Shown: piece after piece, positions 25,025-37,160 of the stretch | How the letters are laid out: each line of letters starts with the position of its first letter | Position numbering within the stretch: the stretch's first letter is position 1 | Source: Malacoraja senta | Lineage: Eukaryota | Assembly (NCBI GenBank): GCA_038087875.1 | Contig: CM075987.1 | Span: forward strand, 27,220,001-27,284,000 | Direction of reading: 5' to 3' | DNA length: 64,000 nt | Translations under genes and position numbers: made by a program | The notes under the pieces: model-generated | Database searches by the model: none | What the model was told of the DNA's origin: nothing | The model's input: only the letters and a program-made list of their open reading frames with translations

Positions 25025-25569
25025 GATCACGAAGAGTTCTACCAAACTCTTGATTTGGATTTTGTGCGACTGTTGCTTGACTTGCAGTATTAGGGCCTGA
25101 AGCATAAATTTGACATCTAAATTAGACTCATGGTTGAAGGAATATTGAATTAATGAGAGCAAATGCGATTAGAACTGTTTGTTCCATTGTAAGATCAACA
25201 CTAACGTAGTCTGATTAAGTTATAGTCTGGCTTGTTTCTATGTGCACCAAGTTATAATTTATAATGCGTTAGAATGAAAATATTCAGAACAAAGATGAGA
25301 AAAAAGATGAGAAAAGATTTAGATGTCATCAGTTCAACTGGAAATATTAGTTTTGTGCCGAGTTACACAGTCTGAAGAAGGGTCTCAAGCCGAAACGTCA
25401 GCCATTCCTTCTCTTCAGAGATGCTGGCTGTCTCGCTGAGTTACTCCAGCATTTTGTGTCTGTCTTCGATTTAAACCAGCATCTGCAGTTCCTTCCTACA
25501 CAATTTCTATCCTACTTTGCAACATATCCAATTTCAATGGCAGGGAAAATTCCCCTCAAAACCGAATTA

Positions 25570-26430
25570 AGTTGGGAGGTTATGTTACAGGGTACAAGGT
25601 GTTGGTGAGGCCACATGTGGAGTATTGTGTTCAGTTTGGGGTATTCGGCCTTAGGAAAGATGTTGTTATTCTGCAAAAACTGCAGAGAAGATTTACAAGG
25701 ATGTTGCCAGGACTTGTGGGCCTAAGCAATAGGGAGAGGTTGACCTGGCTAGGACTTTATTGCTTGGAGCTCCGGAGACTGAGGGGGTGATCTTATTGAG
25801 GTGTACAAGATCGTGAGGGGAATAGGTAGGGTGAACGCACATGGCCTTTTATCCAGAGCAGGGGAATCAAGAACCAGAGAACATTGGTTTCAGGTGAGAG
25901 GGGAAAGACTTAATAGAAATCTGAGGGGCAACTTTTTCACACAGAAGGTGGTGGCAATATGGAACGAGCTGCCAGAAGAGGTCGTTGAGGCAGGTGCTAT
26001 AACAGCATTTAAAAGACTTTTGGACAGGTACATGGACAGGAAAAGTCTAGAGGGATGCGTGCCAATCACTGGTTGGTGGGACTAGTGTAGATGGGGCATC
26101 TTGGTCTACCTTGGAGTGCATACTGTCGTTGTGTCCTTGGGCAAGACACTTCACCCACCTTTGCCTGCGTATGAATGTGTGTGAGTGATTGGCGGTGGTC
26201 GGAGGGGCCGTAGGCGCAGATTAGCAGCCACGCTTCCGTCAGTCTGCCCCAGGGCAGCTGTGGCTACAGAAGTAGCTTACCACCACCGAGTGTGACTGAA
26301 GAGTGAATGAATAATGCGATGTAAAGCGCCTTGAGTATTAGAAAGGCGTTATATAAATCCCATCCATTATTATTATTATTATTACCTGGGGATGTTGGGC
26401 CGAAGGGCCCGTCTCCATGCTATACAGCTC
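25570..26430 (+). mobile_element. CR1 3' fragment interrupted by a CORE-SINE
   Basis: RPHVEYCVQF..TR motifs; 3' UTR is split at ~26110/26385. Confidence 0.8.
26112..26383 (+). mobile_element. AFC-like CORE-SINE (5'-truncated) with L2-type tail
   Basis: gtgtccttgggcaagacacttcaccc CORE-like motif, gtcagtctgccccagggcagctgtggctac body, tgtaaagcgcc..gaaaggcgttatataaat and (att)n tail. Confidence 0.65.
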
Positions 26431-26451
26431 CTTGAACTCTAAGAATGAACT

Positions 26452-26772
26452 GGGCAGCACAGTGGCGCAGCGGTAGAGTTGCTGCCTTACAGCTCTCACA
26501 GCGCCAGAGACCCGGGTCCGATCCTGACTACGGGTGCTGTCTGTACGGAGTTTGTACGTTCTCCCCGTGACCTGCGTGGGTTTCCTCCGAGATCTTCGGT
26601 TTCCTCCCACACTCCAAAGACGTGCAGGTTTGTAGGATAATTGGCTTGGTGTATGTTTAAATTGTCCCTAGTGTGTGTAGGATAGCGTTAATGTGCAGGG
26701 AGATCGCTGGTCGGCGCGGACTCGGTGGGCGGAAGGGCCTGTTTCCGCGCTGTATCTCTAAACTAAACTAAA
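26452..26772 (+). mobile_element. HE1-type tRNA-derived V-SINE (full-length representative)
   Basis: A box tggcgcagcgg, B box gggt(t/c)cgatcc, V domain gtttgtacgttctccccgtg..ggtttcctcccacactccaaagac, CR1-like tail, (taaac)n. Confidence 0.88.
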
Positions 26773-26975
26773 ATAATAAAATGAAAGGCAGCCAACTGTG
26801 CTGTCCATGGCAGTCATTAAGCACGGTGATTCAGTAGAAATACGGTAGCAGCTGTTACTGCTTATTTAACTTCAAACACTGCTGATTTCACGCTAGACTT
26901 ATTTCCACAACCTTGCCACCACCATCTCTACGCTGGCAATGTCGCCAATGGACCAACACTTGTTTTTATGTTTAC

Positions 26976-27124
26976 CTTCACTTTGGCCGCCCAAGGATTA
27001 AATCGTTTCCACAGCAACCACCAGCCAGACAGCGAGTCCCCGTAATTTGTCAGATCCGTCTCGTCCTGGCTGCCAACGTCTATCGCGATCACAACCTTCG
27101 CGCCCATGGACCTGGCAACATCGG
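26976..27124 (-). CDS. PNPLA7: PNPLA7 exon (A)[49 protein letters not shown]
   Basis: ttacag|CC acceptor, AAG|gtaaa donor; 149 nt, phase 1 to 0. Confidence 0.95.
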
Positions 27125-28283
27125 CTGTAACATACAAGAAAGCTGACACTCTTGACCGGGGGGGAACGGGGGAAAACCAGGCACGAAGTCTCAGACAGAA
27201 CAGCAGCAATGTTTTACAATACAAGAGAACAAAGATGGAGCAGTGGGGACCACATTGAGCACTTTGTGACACTGTCTGCGCCCTTTACGTAGCGACTCTT
27301 TGCATACCTTGTGTACGGTGTGCAAAACAAAGAATCTCGCCGCGACACGTCACATGTGATGATCAAGTATCATTTAATCAATGGAGCATCGAAGATAGAC
27401 ACAACAAGCTGGAGTAACTCAGCGGGACACGCATCATCTGTGGAGAGAAGGAATGGGTGACGTTTCGGGTCGAGACCCTTTTTTATTCTGAAGAAGATGC
27501 TGCCTGTCCCGCTGAATTACTCCAGCATTTAGTGCCTATCTTGGGTGTAAACTATCATCTGCAGTTCCTTCCTACACATACTCCCTTTGAAACAAAGGCT
27601 GGTGACCCGCAGAACTACAAAAATGATCCAGAGACGAGATGGCATGAATCTATTTTTTATTAAACATGGTGAGCTGTGATCTGGAATGCATCACTTGAAA
27701 GTGTATGCTGGAAGACCCCCAAATGTGCTAAACGAAGGAGGCGTGCTAATAGGGGGGGGAAAGAGGTGGTTAATCTGGCATTATGATGCAGAAAGGATGT
27801 TTCCACCAGTGGGAGAGTCTAGGACCAGAGGGCACAGCCTCAGAATAAAAGGACATACCTTTGGAAAGAAGATGAGGAGGAATTTCTTTAGCCAGAGGGT
27901 GGTGAATCTGTGGAATTCATTGCCACAGATGGCCAAGTCAATGGATATTTTTAAGGCAGGATTGACAGATTCTTGATTAGTGCGGGTGTCAGGGGTTATG
28001 GAGAGAAGGCAGGAGAATGGGGTTAGGAGGGAGAGATAGTTCAGCCATGATTGAATGGCGAAGTAGACGCGATGGGCCGAGTGGTCTAATTCCACTATCA
28101 CTTATGACCTTTTTTTATAAGTGGGCCATGGGACAAGGTTCAACAGGCACAAGCAAGTTAATATTATCTTACCGCTGGCTGGTTAGCACGCAACAAAAGC
28201 TTTTCACTGTATCTCGGTACACGTGACAATAAACTCAACTGACATGACTGTTCCTTCATTTTTTAATTCTATTGTTGTAACTA

Positions 28284-28472
<189 letters not shown>

Positions 28473-28489
28473 TCATCAGCATCACTAGT

Positions 28490-28708
28490 GTTAAAAAAGG
28501 AACTGCAGATGCTGGAAAATCAAAGGTACACAAAAAATGCTGGAGAAACTCAGCAGGTGCAGCAGCATCTATAGAGCGAAGGGAATAGGCAACGTTTCGG
28601 GCCGAAACCTGAAGGAAATAGGCAACGTTTCGGCCCGAAACGTTGCCTATTTCCTTCGCTCCATAGATGCTGCTGCACCCGCTGAGTTTCTCCAGCATTT
28701 TTGTGTAC
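28490..28708. mobile_element. Palindromic Penelope-derived element with a 16-bp target-site duplication
   Basis: catcagcatcactagt at 28474-28489 and 28709-28724; internal inverted arms. Confidence 0.8.
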
Positions 28709-28734
28709 CATCAGCATCACTAGTCTACTTCAGC

Positions 28735-29011
28735 TTAGTTTAGAGATACAGTGCGGAAGCAGGCCCTTTGGCCCACCGAGTCTCCCCACACCAACACTAT
28801 CCCACACACACACTAGGGACTAATCTTCCGAAGCCAATTAACCTACAAACCTGTACGTCTTTGGAGTGTGAGAGGAAGCCGGAGCACCCGGAGGAAACCC
28901 ACGCAGGTCACGGGGAGAACGTACAAACGCCGTACATACAGCACCCGTAGTCAGGATCGAACCCGGGTCTCTGGCGCTGTGAGGCAGTAACTCTACCGCT
29001 GTGCCACCGTG
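28735..29011 (-). mobile_element. HE1 SINE
   Basis: Reverse complement of the consensus. Confidence 0.85.
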
Positions 29012-29469
29012 CACTAATGTATAGTGTGACAAGCAAATTTGTTGGCATAACTTTGACAAATGCAAGATCCATGCCAGTATACCTATTCTTCATAACTGTA
29101 CTTAATTTACCACACGGGGGAGATTGGAATTTCCATTGTAATGTATGGAAAATTAAAAAAATCTTTCATCAGTGTCACTGTGGTAGAGCTGGTGCCTCAC
29201 AGCGCCAGAGACACCGGTTCGATCCTGACTACGGGCGCTGTCTGCACGGAGTTTGTCGGTTCAACCCCATGACCGGGTGAGTTTTCTCCGGGTTTGCCCT
29301 CCGGTTCTTGATTCCCCTTCTCTGGATAAAATATTCCAATGTCATCCTGGGTAGGTGAAGCACGGAAGCACAAGTTCAAAGAAGGGAGTCAAATAATCTC
29401 AGGTTTTGTGTGTGAGAGTGGAAATAAAACACAAGTTGCAGGCAGAGGGAGTGCTCTCAAGAAGCTGGT

Positions 29470-30130
29470 CACAGAGTGAGGCCAAATGCAAACTGGAGGA
29501 ACAGCACCTCATATTTTGCTTTGGCAGCTAACAACCCAGTGGTATACAACCCAGTGGTATAAATATTGATTTTTCTAACTTCAAGTAACCCCTGCATCCC
29601 CTCTCTCTCTACATCCCTGCCCCACCCAAGTCAATACCAGTTTCAAAGTCGTCTTGTTGAGTCTCATTGTCTGTAACTGGTTTTCACCTAGCGCACAGCT
29701 AACAATGGCCTGCTTCATTTATCATCCTAACTTTTTTGCATATCTTTCATTCATTTGTCTGTGGAATTCTCTGCCTCAGAGGGCGTTGGAGGCCAGTTCT
29801 CTGGATGCTTTCAAGAGAGAGCTAGATAGGGCTCTTAAAAATAGCGGAGTCAGGGGATATGGGGAGAAGGCAGGAACGGGGTACTGATTGGGGATGATCA
29901 GCCATGATCACATTGAATGGCGGTGCTGGCTCGAAGGGCCGAATGGCCTACTCCTGCACCTATTGTCTATTTGTTCTGTATCTCTCTACATCACCGTCTA
30001 TATCTCTCGTTTCCCTCTCCCCCGACTCTCAGTCTGAATAAGGGTCTCGACCCGAAACATCACATATTCCTTTTCCCCAGAGATGCTGCCTGACCCTCCG
30101 AGTTACTCCAGCTTTGTGTCTATCTCCAGT
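29470..30130 (+). mobile_element. Penelope-like element remnant (ORF C-terminus plus terminal repeat) with a nested CR1 tail (~29757-29970)
   Basis: SEAKCKLEEQHLIFC..QPSG..NIDFSNFK* resembles PLE GIY-YIG C-termini; ends in the gtctgaa.aagggtctcgacccgaaac terminal repeat. Confidence 0.75.
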
Positions 30131-32346
30131 GTTCCCAAAGCCAGTGAATGTATATTCATTGTCCCATGGAGATTATTAAAATATTGACAAAACATGGCAC
30201 AAACTATTGCAGGAACCGAGCCTTCACCAAGCAATTCTCAAGATGTTTGCTTTTCTTAACAACCACTTTGTTACAACTGCAACCAAATGACTTCAGGCAC
30301 CACTGATTAGTTTGCAAAATGTAATTACTGCCTGCATTCTGATTACAATTAATTTGGTATTTCATATAATCATAATGGAAATGTGTGCAAGTTTAAATGG
30401 CAAATGAGAATCAGCAGTAAAAATAGTGTGGTTTGAGTTATTTTAGTAGGGGGATTGAGAAAGGCACTAAATTATGGGAAGATAAGATAAAATGAAGCAC
30501 AAAGATATCTCCGCCACATACGCGGCAAATATGCGTGATAAAGTCATACAGGTGATGTTTCGGATCAGGACAACAAGGAGGTCTAATACTTCAACTTTTC
30601 TATTTGTACGGAGTTTGTACGTTCTCCCTGTGACCTGCGTGGGTTTTCTCCGGGTGCTCCGGTTTCCTCCCACACTCCAAAGACGTACAGGTCTGTAGGT
30701 TAATTGGCTTTGGCAAAATTGTAAATTGTCCCTAGTGTGTGGGATAGTGTTAATGTACGGGGTGATCACCGGTCGGCGCAGACTCGGTGGGACGAAGGGC
30801 CTGTTTCCGCGCTGAATTCTTAAAGTTCCAAGTGTTTAAAGTTTTTTTATTTTATTCAGTCAGTTTCCTTATGATTTACTGCTCAGTTACTTGCAAAAAT
30901 ACAATCGCTCTGATACAAAGAAAGAATAACCTTGCCTGAAGAAATGATCATTGAGGACCTGTATTATTATTCTTCAAGCACTCTGAGAGACGCTTGAACC
31001 TTAGTACTTGATCTCGACGACTAAAGGGCCTGTCTGTTTCTGAAGAGAATGAAGAATCTGGAGGCTCTCAGCTGAATGAGACCACTATATGTCCAAGTCA
31101 AAGGGTAAAGACAATTTCTCTTCAACAATGGAAATAAAACTGCATCTCCAGGAATATCATCTCTCTGATGAGGAGAATATTTCCAATTCCAGCAGACTCT
31201 GGTAATTTATTTCTTCCACGAGGCATCCAAACAGACAATTTGTTATCATAATTATACCTTCAAGAGCCGGAACCCAAAGTTACTTCCTAGAGCTGGGTCA
31301 TGCCATAAATGTACTGAGCACAATTATTGGTTTTGCTCACATTAGGACAATGTCTATGTTAGATAGTCACAACAAGCTGGAGTAACTCAGTGAGTCAGGC
31401 ATCATCTCTGGAGAAAAAGGATGGGTGACCTTTAGGGTCAGAACCCTTCTTCAGACCTAGAAAAGACACAAAGTGCCAGAGTAACTCGGCAGGTCAGACA
31501 GCATCTCTGGAGAAGAGGAATAGGTGACGTTTCGGGTCGAGACCCTTCTTCAGACTGTCAGAATTCGTCTAAGTTAGTTCTATGAATGAAGGCGATGTCC
31601 TCATGAGTTCCTGGGAGAGTGACAGGGGCTAACACGTGTCAGACCAGAGGTGGACATTAGCACTTCATCCACAACATGGATTTTACAGTTTGTATCCCAG
31701 GTCCCAGCAACAGCAGTAGGAACACAACCCCTCTTTGGTTGACATCCTTGGCTGGGCAAAACAATGCTTACCAATCCACTTGGAGCCGACTTTCAAACTC
31801 GTAAGGATTGATTCCAACACCAAGATAGAAACATAGACAATAGGTGCAGGAGTGGGCCATTCGGCCCTTCGAGCCAGCACCCCCATTCAATATGATCATG
31901 GCTGATCATCCAAAATCAGTACCCCGTTCCTGCTTTCTCCCCATATCCCTTGATTCCATTAGCCCTAAGAGCTAAATCTAACTATCGCTTGAAAACATCC
32001 AGTGAATCGGCCTCCACTGCCTTCTGTGGCAGAGAATTCCGCAGATTCACAACTCTCTGGGTGAAAACGTTTTTCCTCATCTCAGTCCCATATGATATGT
32101 TAAAGATAATACAAATTAAAGAGGCAACTTCTCCTCCATGATCAAGTTCATTATGGGGGCACAGGTGCTGGGAATAAATTGTGTCTTCTGCTTAATGTGG
32201 AATGATAAGGCAGCAATCGATTGCCCAGCTCTGAGGATGGCAGAAAATAAAACCAGACAATCTACCAAATAAATAAAAAATCACAGGCGGGCTCGAGTAA
32301 ACATCAAAATAGACCATTGTGGCTTTGCTTACAAGATCCAGTCACA

Positions 32347-32605
32347 TTTAGTTTAGTTTAGAGATACAGCACGGAAACAGGCCCTTTGGCCCACCGAGTC
32401 CATGCCGACCAGCGATCCTCATACACTAACACTACCCTACACACAATAGGGACAATTTACAATTATACCAAGCCAATTAGCCTGCAAACCTGTACGTCTT
32501 TGGAGTGTGGGAGGAAACCGGAGCACCCGGAGCAAACCCACGCAGGTCAGGGGGAGAACGTACAAACTCCGTACAGACAGCACCCGTAGTCAGGATTGAA
32601 CCCGG
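32347..32605 (-). mobile_element. HE1 SINE (5'-truncated)
   Basis: Reverse complement of the consensus. Confidence 0.85.
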
Positions 32606-32696
32606 TGCTATACAGTATACCACCCTCAGTATGGTGCTTATAGTCAGACTTTCATCTTCTGGTTCAACTCTGGTTCAACTTCCTGCATCTAGCCTG

Positions 32697-33062
32697 TCTT
32701 ATGGGGTTGGACAGGCTAGATGCAGGAAGATTGTTCCCGATGTTGGGGAAGTCCAGGACAAGGGGTCACAGCTTAAGGATAAGGGGGAAATCCTTTAAGA
32801 CCGAGATGAGGAAAAACTTTTTCACACAGAGAGTAGTGAATCTCTGGAACTCTCTGCCACAGAGGGTAGTCGAGGCCAGTTCATTGGCTATATTTAAGAG
32901 GGAGTTAGATGTGGCCCTTGGGGCTAAAGGGATCAGGCGGTATGGAGAGAAGGCAGGTACGGGATACTGAGTTAGATGATCAGCCATGATCATATTGAAT
33001 GGCGGTGCAGGCTCGATGGGCCGAATGGCCTACTCCTGCACCTATTGTCTATGTTTCTATGT
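32697..33062 (+). mobile_element. Young CR1 3' fragment (same subfamily as the 37161 copy)
   Basis: Near identity to 39440-39810, including the diagnostic cttatggggttg. Confidence 0.9.
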
Positions 33063-33339
33063 TACCTCCTTTATGACTGTATTAAAGAGCACTGAATTAT
33101 CAAGGGTCCCTTCAAAATTCCATGTTTATAAAATGAGGCATTGGTAGAATTTGTTGCATTCGAGATGATTCAATCAATCAAATATGATTATATTTTAAAT
33201 GACATCTCTCCTCTTACTTTCAAAGTGTTTGCAGGGTTATGATGCGAACATAAACCAACGGCAAGTTAGATTATTTTCCCAAACGGCCAAGGTTTGTTGG
33301 GTAAGTTCATCAGATCTGAATTTAATCACTTCTTTAGTC

Positions 33340-33765
33340 AGTTTAGTTTAGTTTGAGATACAGTGTGGAATCAGGCCCTTCGGCCCACCGTGCCTCCACC
33401 GACCAGCGATCCCTGTACACAAACACTATCCTACACACACTAGGGACAATTTACACATACACCAAGCCAATTAGCCTGCAAACCTGCACGTCTTTGGAGT
33501 GTGGGAGGAAACCAAAAATCTCGGAGGAAACCCACTCAGGTCACGGGGAGAACGTGCAAACTCCGTACAGACAGCACCTGTAGAGAGCTCCGGTTTCCAC
33601 CAACGCCCCAAAGACGTACAGGCTTGTAGGCGAATTGGCTTGGTATAAATGCAAATTGTCCCTAGCGTGTGTCGGATAGTGTTAGTGTGCGGGGATCGCT
33701 GGACAATGCGGACTCGGTAGGCCGAAGGGCATGATTCAGCGACGTCTCTCGAAACTTAACTAAAC
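33340..33765. mobile_element. Head-to-head pair of partial HE1 SINEs
   Basis: Minus copy 33340-33582, plus copy 33588-33765. Confidence 0.8.
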
Positions 33766-34376
33766 ATGTTGTGTCCTTTTGTATATGAACCAACATCTGC
33801 AGTTCTTTGTTGCTGGATCAATTATTAGATGAGTACGTACTCATCACTGAGAGAACATAGAGGAGGTGGCAGAGGGGAGACCTCGGCAACCTGTTATTAC
33901 ATAAAAGCTTTATGAAATAAAGTTACATTACCTTTTGACGCATCTTAAGAAACCAAAGGTAATTAGTAAACATGAAAAGTTCCTCGGCTATTTGGGAAGA
34001 GACCAGCTGAACATTATTGGTTCCCAAATTATTGGAGGTGGCTTTTCCAAAATTGGTCTTTTCTCGCTGCAGCAAGTTGGGTCTGAAACCTTATTTGTTT
34101 GATTCAAGGGCCCCTCCCTGCCCACGTCTGGTCAAATGGGGACAGACACAAAATGCGGGAGTAAAGGGCCTGTCCCACTTACGGGTGCTGGCAGTCGCCA
34201 AACAAATCGGGTAAGTGGGACAGGCCCTTAACTCAGTGGGACAGGCAGCAGCTCTGGAGAGAAGGAAGGGGTGACGTTGTGGGTCGAGACCCTTCTTCTG
34301 GTCAAATGGGCACTGGTCACTGAATCCCAGCCACCCTGTTGAGGTGGGGAAGGTGACGTATCCAAGCCACACTCAC

Positions 34377-34446
34377 CATCAGTATGAACCCGCATGGCGG
34401 ATGCCGTTATGTCCGTCGTGATGTTGAAGTACGGAATCCACAGGTC
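34377..34446 (-). CDS. PNPLA7: PNPLA7 exon [23 protein letters not shown](G)
   Basis: ttgcag|GAC acceptor, G|gtgagt donor; 70 nt, phase 0 to 1. Confidence 0.95.
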
Positions 34447-35141
34447 CTGCAATTAAAAAACAACCTCTGTTCAGTTACCTGAGGGGCAACCCTTTCACAC
34501 AAAGGGTGTATGGAACGAGCTGCCGGAGGAGGTAGCTGAGGCGGGGACTATCGCAACGTTTAAGAAACAGTTACACAGGGACATGGATAGGACAGGTTAA
34601 GGGAAGAACCACAAATGGAATGTGTAAAATGGAATACATTGTAACAGTGTCGGCGCCCTTGATGTGGCCACTATTGGCATACCTTGGGTACGCAAGCAAA
34701 GAATTTCACTGTGACTCGTCACGTGACAATAAAGTGTTCATTCATTCATCATTCATTCATTATATGAACGGGGTACTGATTGGGAATGATCAGCCATGAT
34801 CATATTGAATGGCGGTGCTGGCTCGAAGGGCTGAAAGGCCTACTCCTGCACCTATTGCCTAATGTCTATTGTCTATTCATAGAGGAATATGGGCCAGATG
34901 CAGGCAGGTGAGACTAGTGTAGATGGGACATATTGGTCGGTGTGGGCAAGTTGGGCCTGTCTCCACACTGTGTTACAAGGAAGCCAACATACTTCCCTTG
35001 ATGGGAATTTTCTGCCTCAATAATCATGTGGGTCCCTTCAGGGATAGCGGTGAGTGGAAGCAGTGGACAGATGGGAGTGATCATCTACAGTAGGAAAGTT
35101 TACCACAGGTAGCCGAGACAAGTGACAATGCATCTGCTTTA

Positions 35142-35400
35142 AAGGTAGATAAAAATGCTGGAGAAACTCAGCGGGTGAGGCAGCATCTATGGAGCGAAGG
35201 AATAGGTAATGTTTCAGGTCGAGACCCTTGTGGAAACTCAGCGGGTGAGGCAGCTTTTATGGAGCGAAGGAATAGGTGACGTTTCAGGACCCGAAACGTC
35301 ACCTATTCCTTCGCTCCATAGATGCTGCCTCACCCGCTGAGTTTCTCCAGCATTTTTGTCTACCTTCGATTTTTCCAGCATCTGCAGTTCCTTCTTAAAC
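35142..35400. mobile_element. Penelope-derived element: tandem plus inverted terminal repeats
   Basis: Two direct copies followed by one inverted copy of gaaactcagcgggtgaggcagc..gacgtttc. Confidence 0.75.
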
Positions 35401-35662
35401 ATGGATATGCTTTAGATATGCATCTTGGCCGCCATGGACAAGTTTGGCCTGCTTCTGTGCTGTATGACGCTATGTTAAGATAATTTCTGGGCAGGGGGAG
35501 ATAGTGGCAGAAACCTATCATCATTCCCAAGTTTCGGTTTAATTAAACGGTGTGCCATTGCAGATGCGGTGGCAGTTTGGTTTGCCGGCAACCGAAGAAC
35601 AAGGGTGGAGGAGAGGATTCTTTCAGCCGATTCCAAACCGATTCGACAGCCCCAAAGCGTAC

Positions 35663-35779
35663 CTCTATCTGCTTGTCCTCAAAGATGTTGCTGATACTTC
35701 TGTTAAAAGCTGATCCTGAGAACATGGAGGTGATGGGATACGTCAGATCCAGCACTTTACTGAAAACATTTGTCATTTC
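35663..35779 (-). CDS. PNPLA7: PNPLA7 exon [39 protein letters not shown]
   Basis: gacag|GAA acceptor, GAG|gtacg donor; 117 nt; conserved [12 protein letters not shown]. Confidence 0.95.
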
Positions 35780-37160
35780 CTGTCAACAAGGAAAAAAAAG
35801 TTGTAACTTTGCAAAAGGAATCATTTCAGTCAAACAAAGAAGACGAACTACAGTCAACGGTTCGAAGATCTTTTTTGTTCCAGAAACCATCTTTTTACGC
35901 AGCTGAGTTGCAGCGGCACGGTGCCGCAGCGGTAGAGCTGCTGCCTCACAGCGCCAGAGACCCGGGTTCGATCCTGACTATGGGTGCAATCCGTACAGAG
36001 TTTGTACATTCTTCCCATGAGCTGCGTGGGTGCTCTGGATGCTACCCGGCTCGCTGAGTTACCCCAGCACTCTGTGGAGGTGGAAAGGATGTTTCCACTA
36101 GTGGGAGAGTCGCGGACCAGAGGGCACAGCATCAGAGTAAAAGGACGCACCTTTAGAAAGGAGATGAGGAGGAATTTCTTTAGCCAGAGGGTGGTGAATC
36201 TGTGGAATTCATTGCCACAGATGGCTGTGGATGGCAAGTCTTTGGGCATTTTTAAAATGGAGATTGACTGGTGCTTGCTTGATATGGGTGTCAAAGGTTA
36301 CGGGGAGAAAGCAGGAGAATGGGGTTGAGAGGGGGGGGAGCAGATAGATCAGCTGTGATTGAATGGAGGAGTAGATTCGATGGGACGGATAATTCTGCTC
36401 CTATGATGTATGAACTTACGAGGCAGTCCTGAGTCAGACAGTATATAAAATTAGGGAGCCTGCAAGACACAGAATCTTCTGATCTTGGAACTTCACCACA
36501 AGCTCAAAAGAAAACACACTGGGGAAAATTCCAAAGACCAATCAATACCGACATCAGGTGGATTTCACAAATGACCAACCCTTCAATAGGAATTATTGAA
36601 GCTGCAGACATTAGCTGTCTCTACTTTGTATTAGGAAGATACATTTCAGTTATCGACTCTCAGGAGCACTTGCGGAATTAGTCAGCCAAAACGCCCAGAA
36701 CAAATTGTAAATTGTGCCCAGTGTGTGTAGGATAGTGTTAGTGTGCGGGGATCGCTGGTCGGGGCAGACTCAGTGGGCTGACGGCCCTGTTTCCGCGCTG
36801 TATCTCTAAACTAAACTAAAGCTCGGATAACACTACAGGGCAAACTCTATACATGAAGAGTGTTGATTGCAAATACATCCCATCTATTGTAAACATCAAA
36901 AACCATACATGGGCCTAACGTTCAGATCAGGTATTAATGCAGTTTTCATTAAAGAGAGCATTTTTATAGGGCAGCACGGTGGCGCAGCGGTAGAGTTGCT
37001 GCTTTACAGTGCCAGAGACCTGGGTGTGATCCTGACTACGGCTGCTGTCTGTGTGGAGTTTGCACGCAGCAGTCACCCCGTACACTAGCACTGTCCTATA
37101 TACACTAGGGACAATTTTTCCAAAGCCAATTTAACCTACAAACCTGTACGTCTTTGCAGT

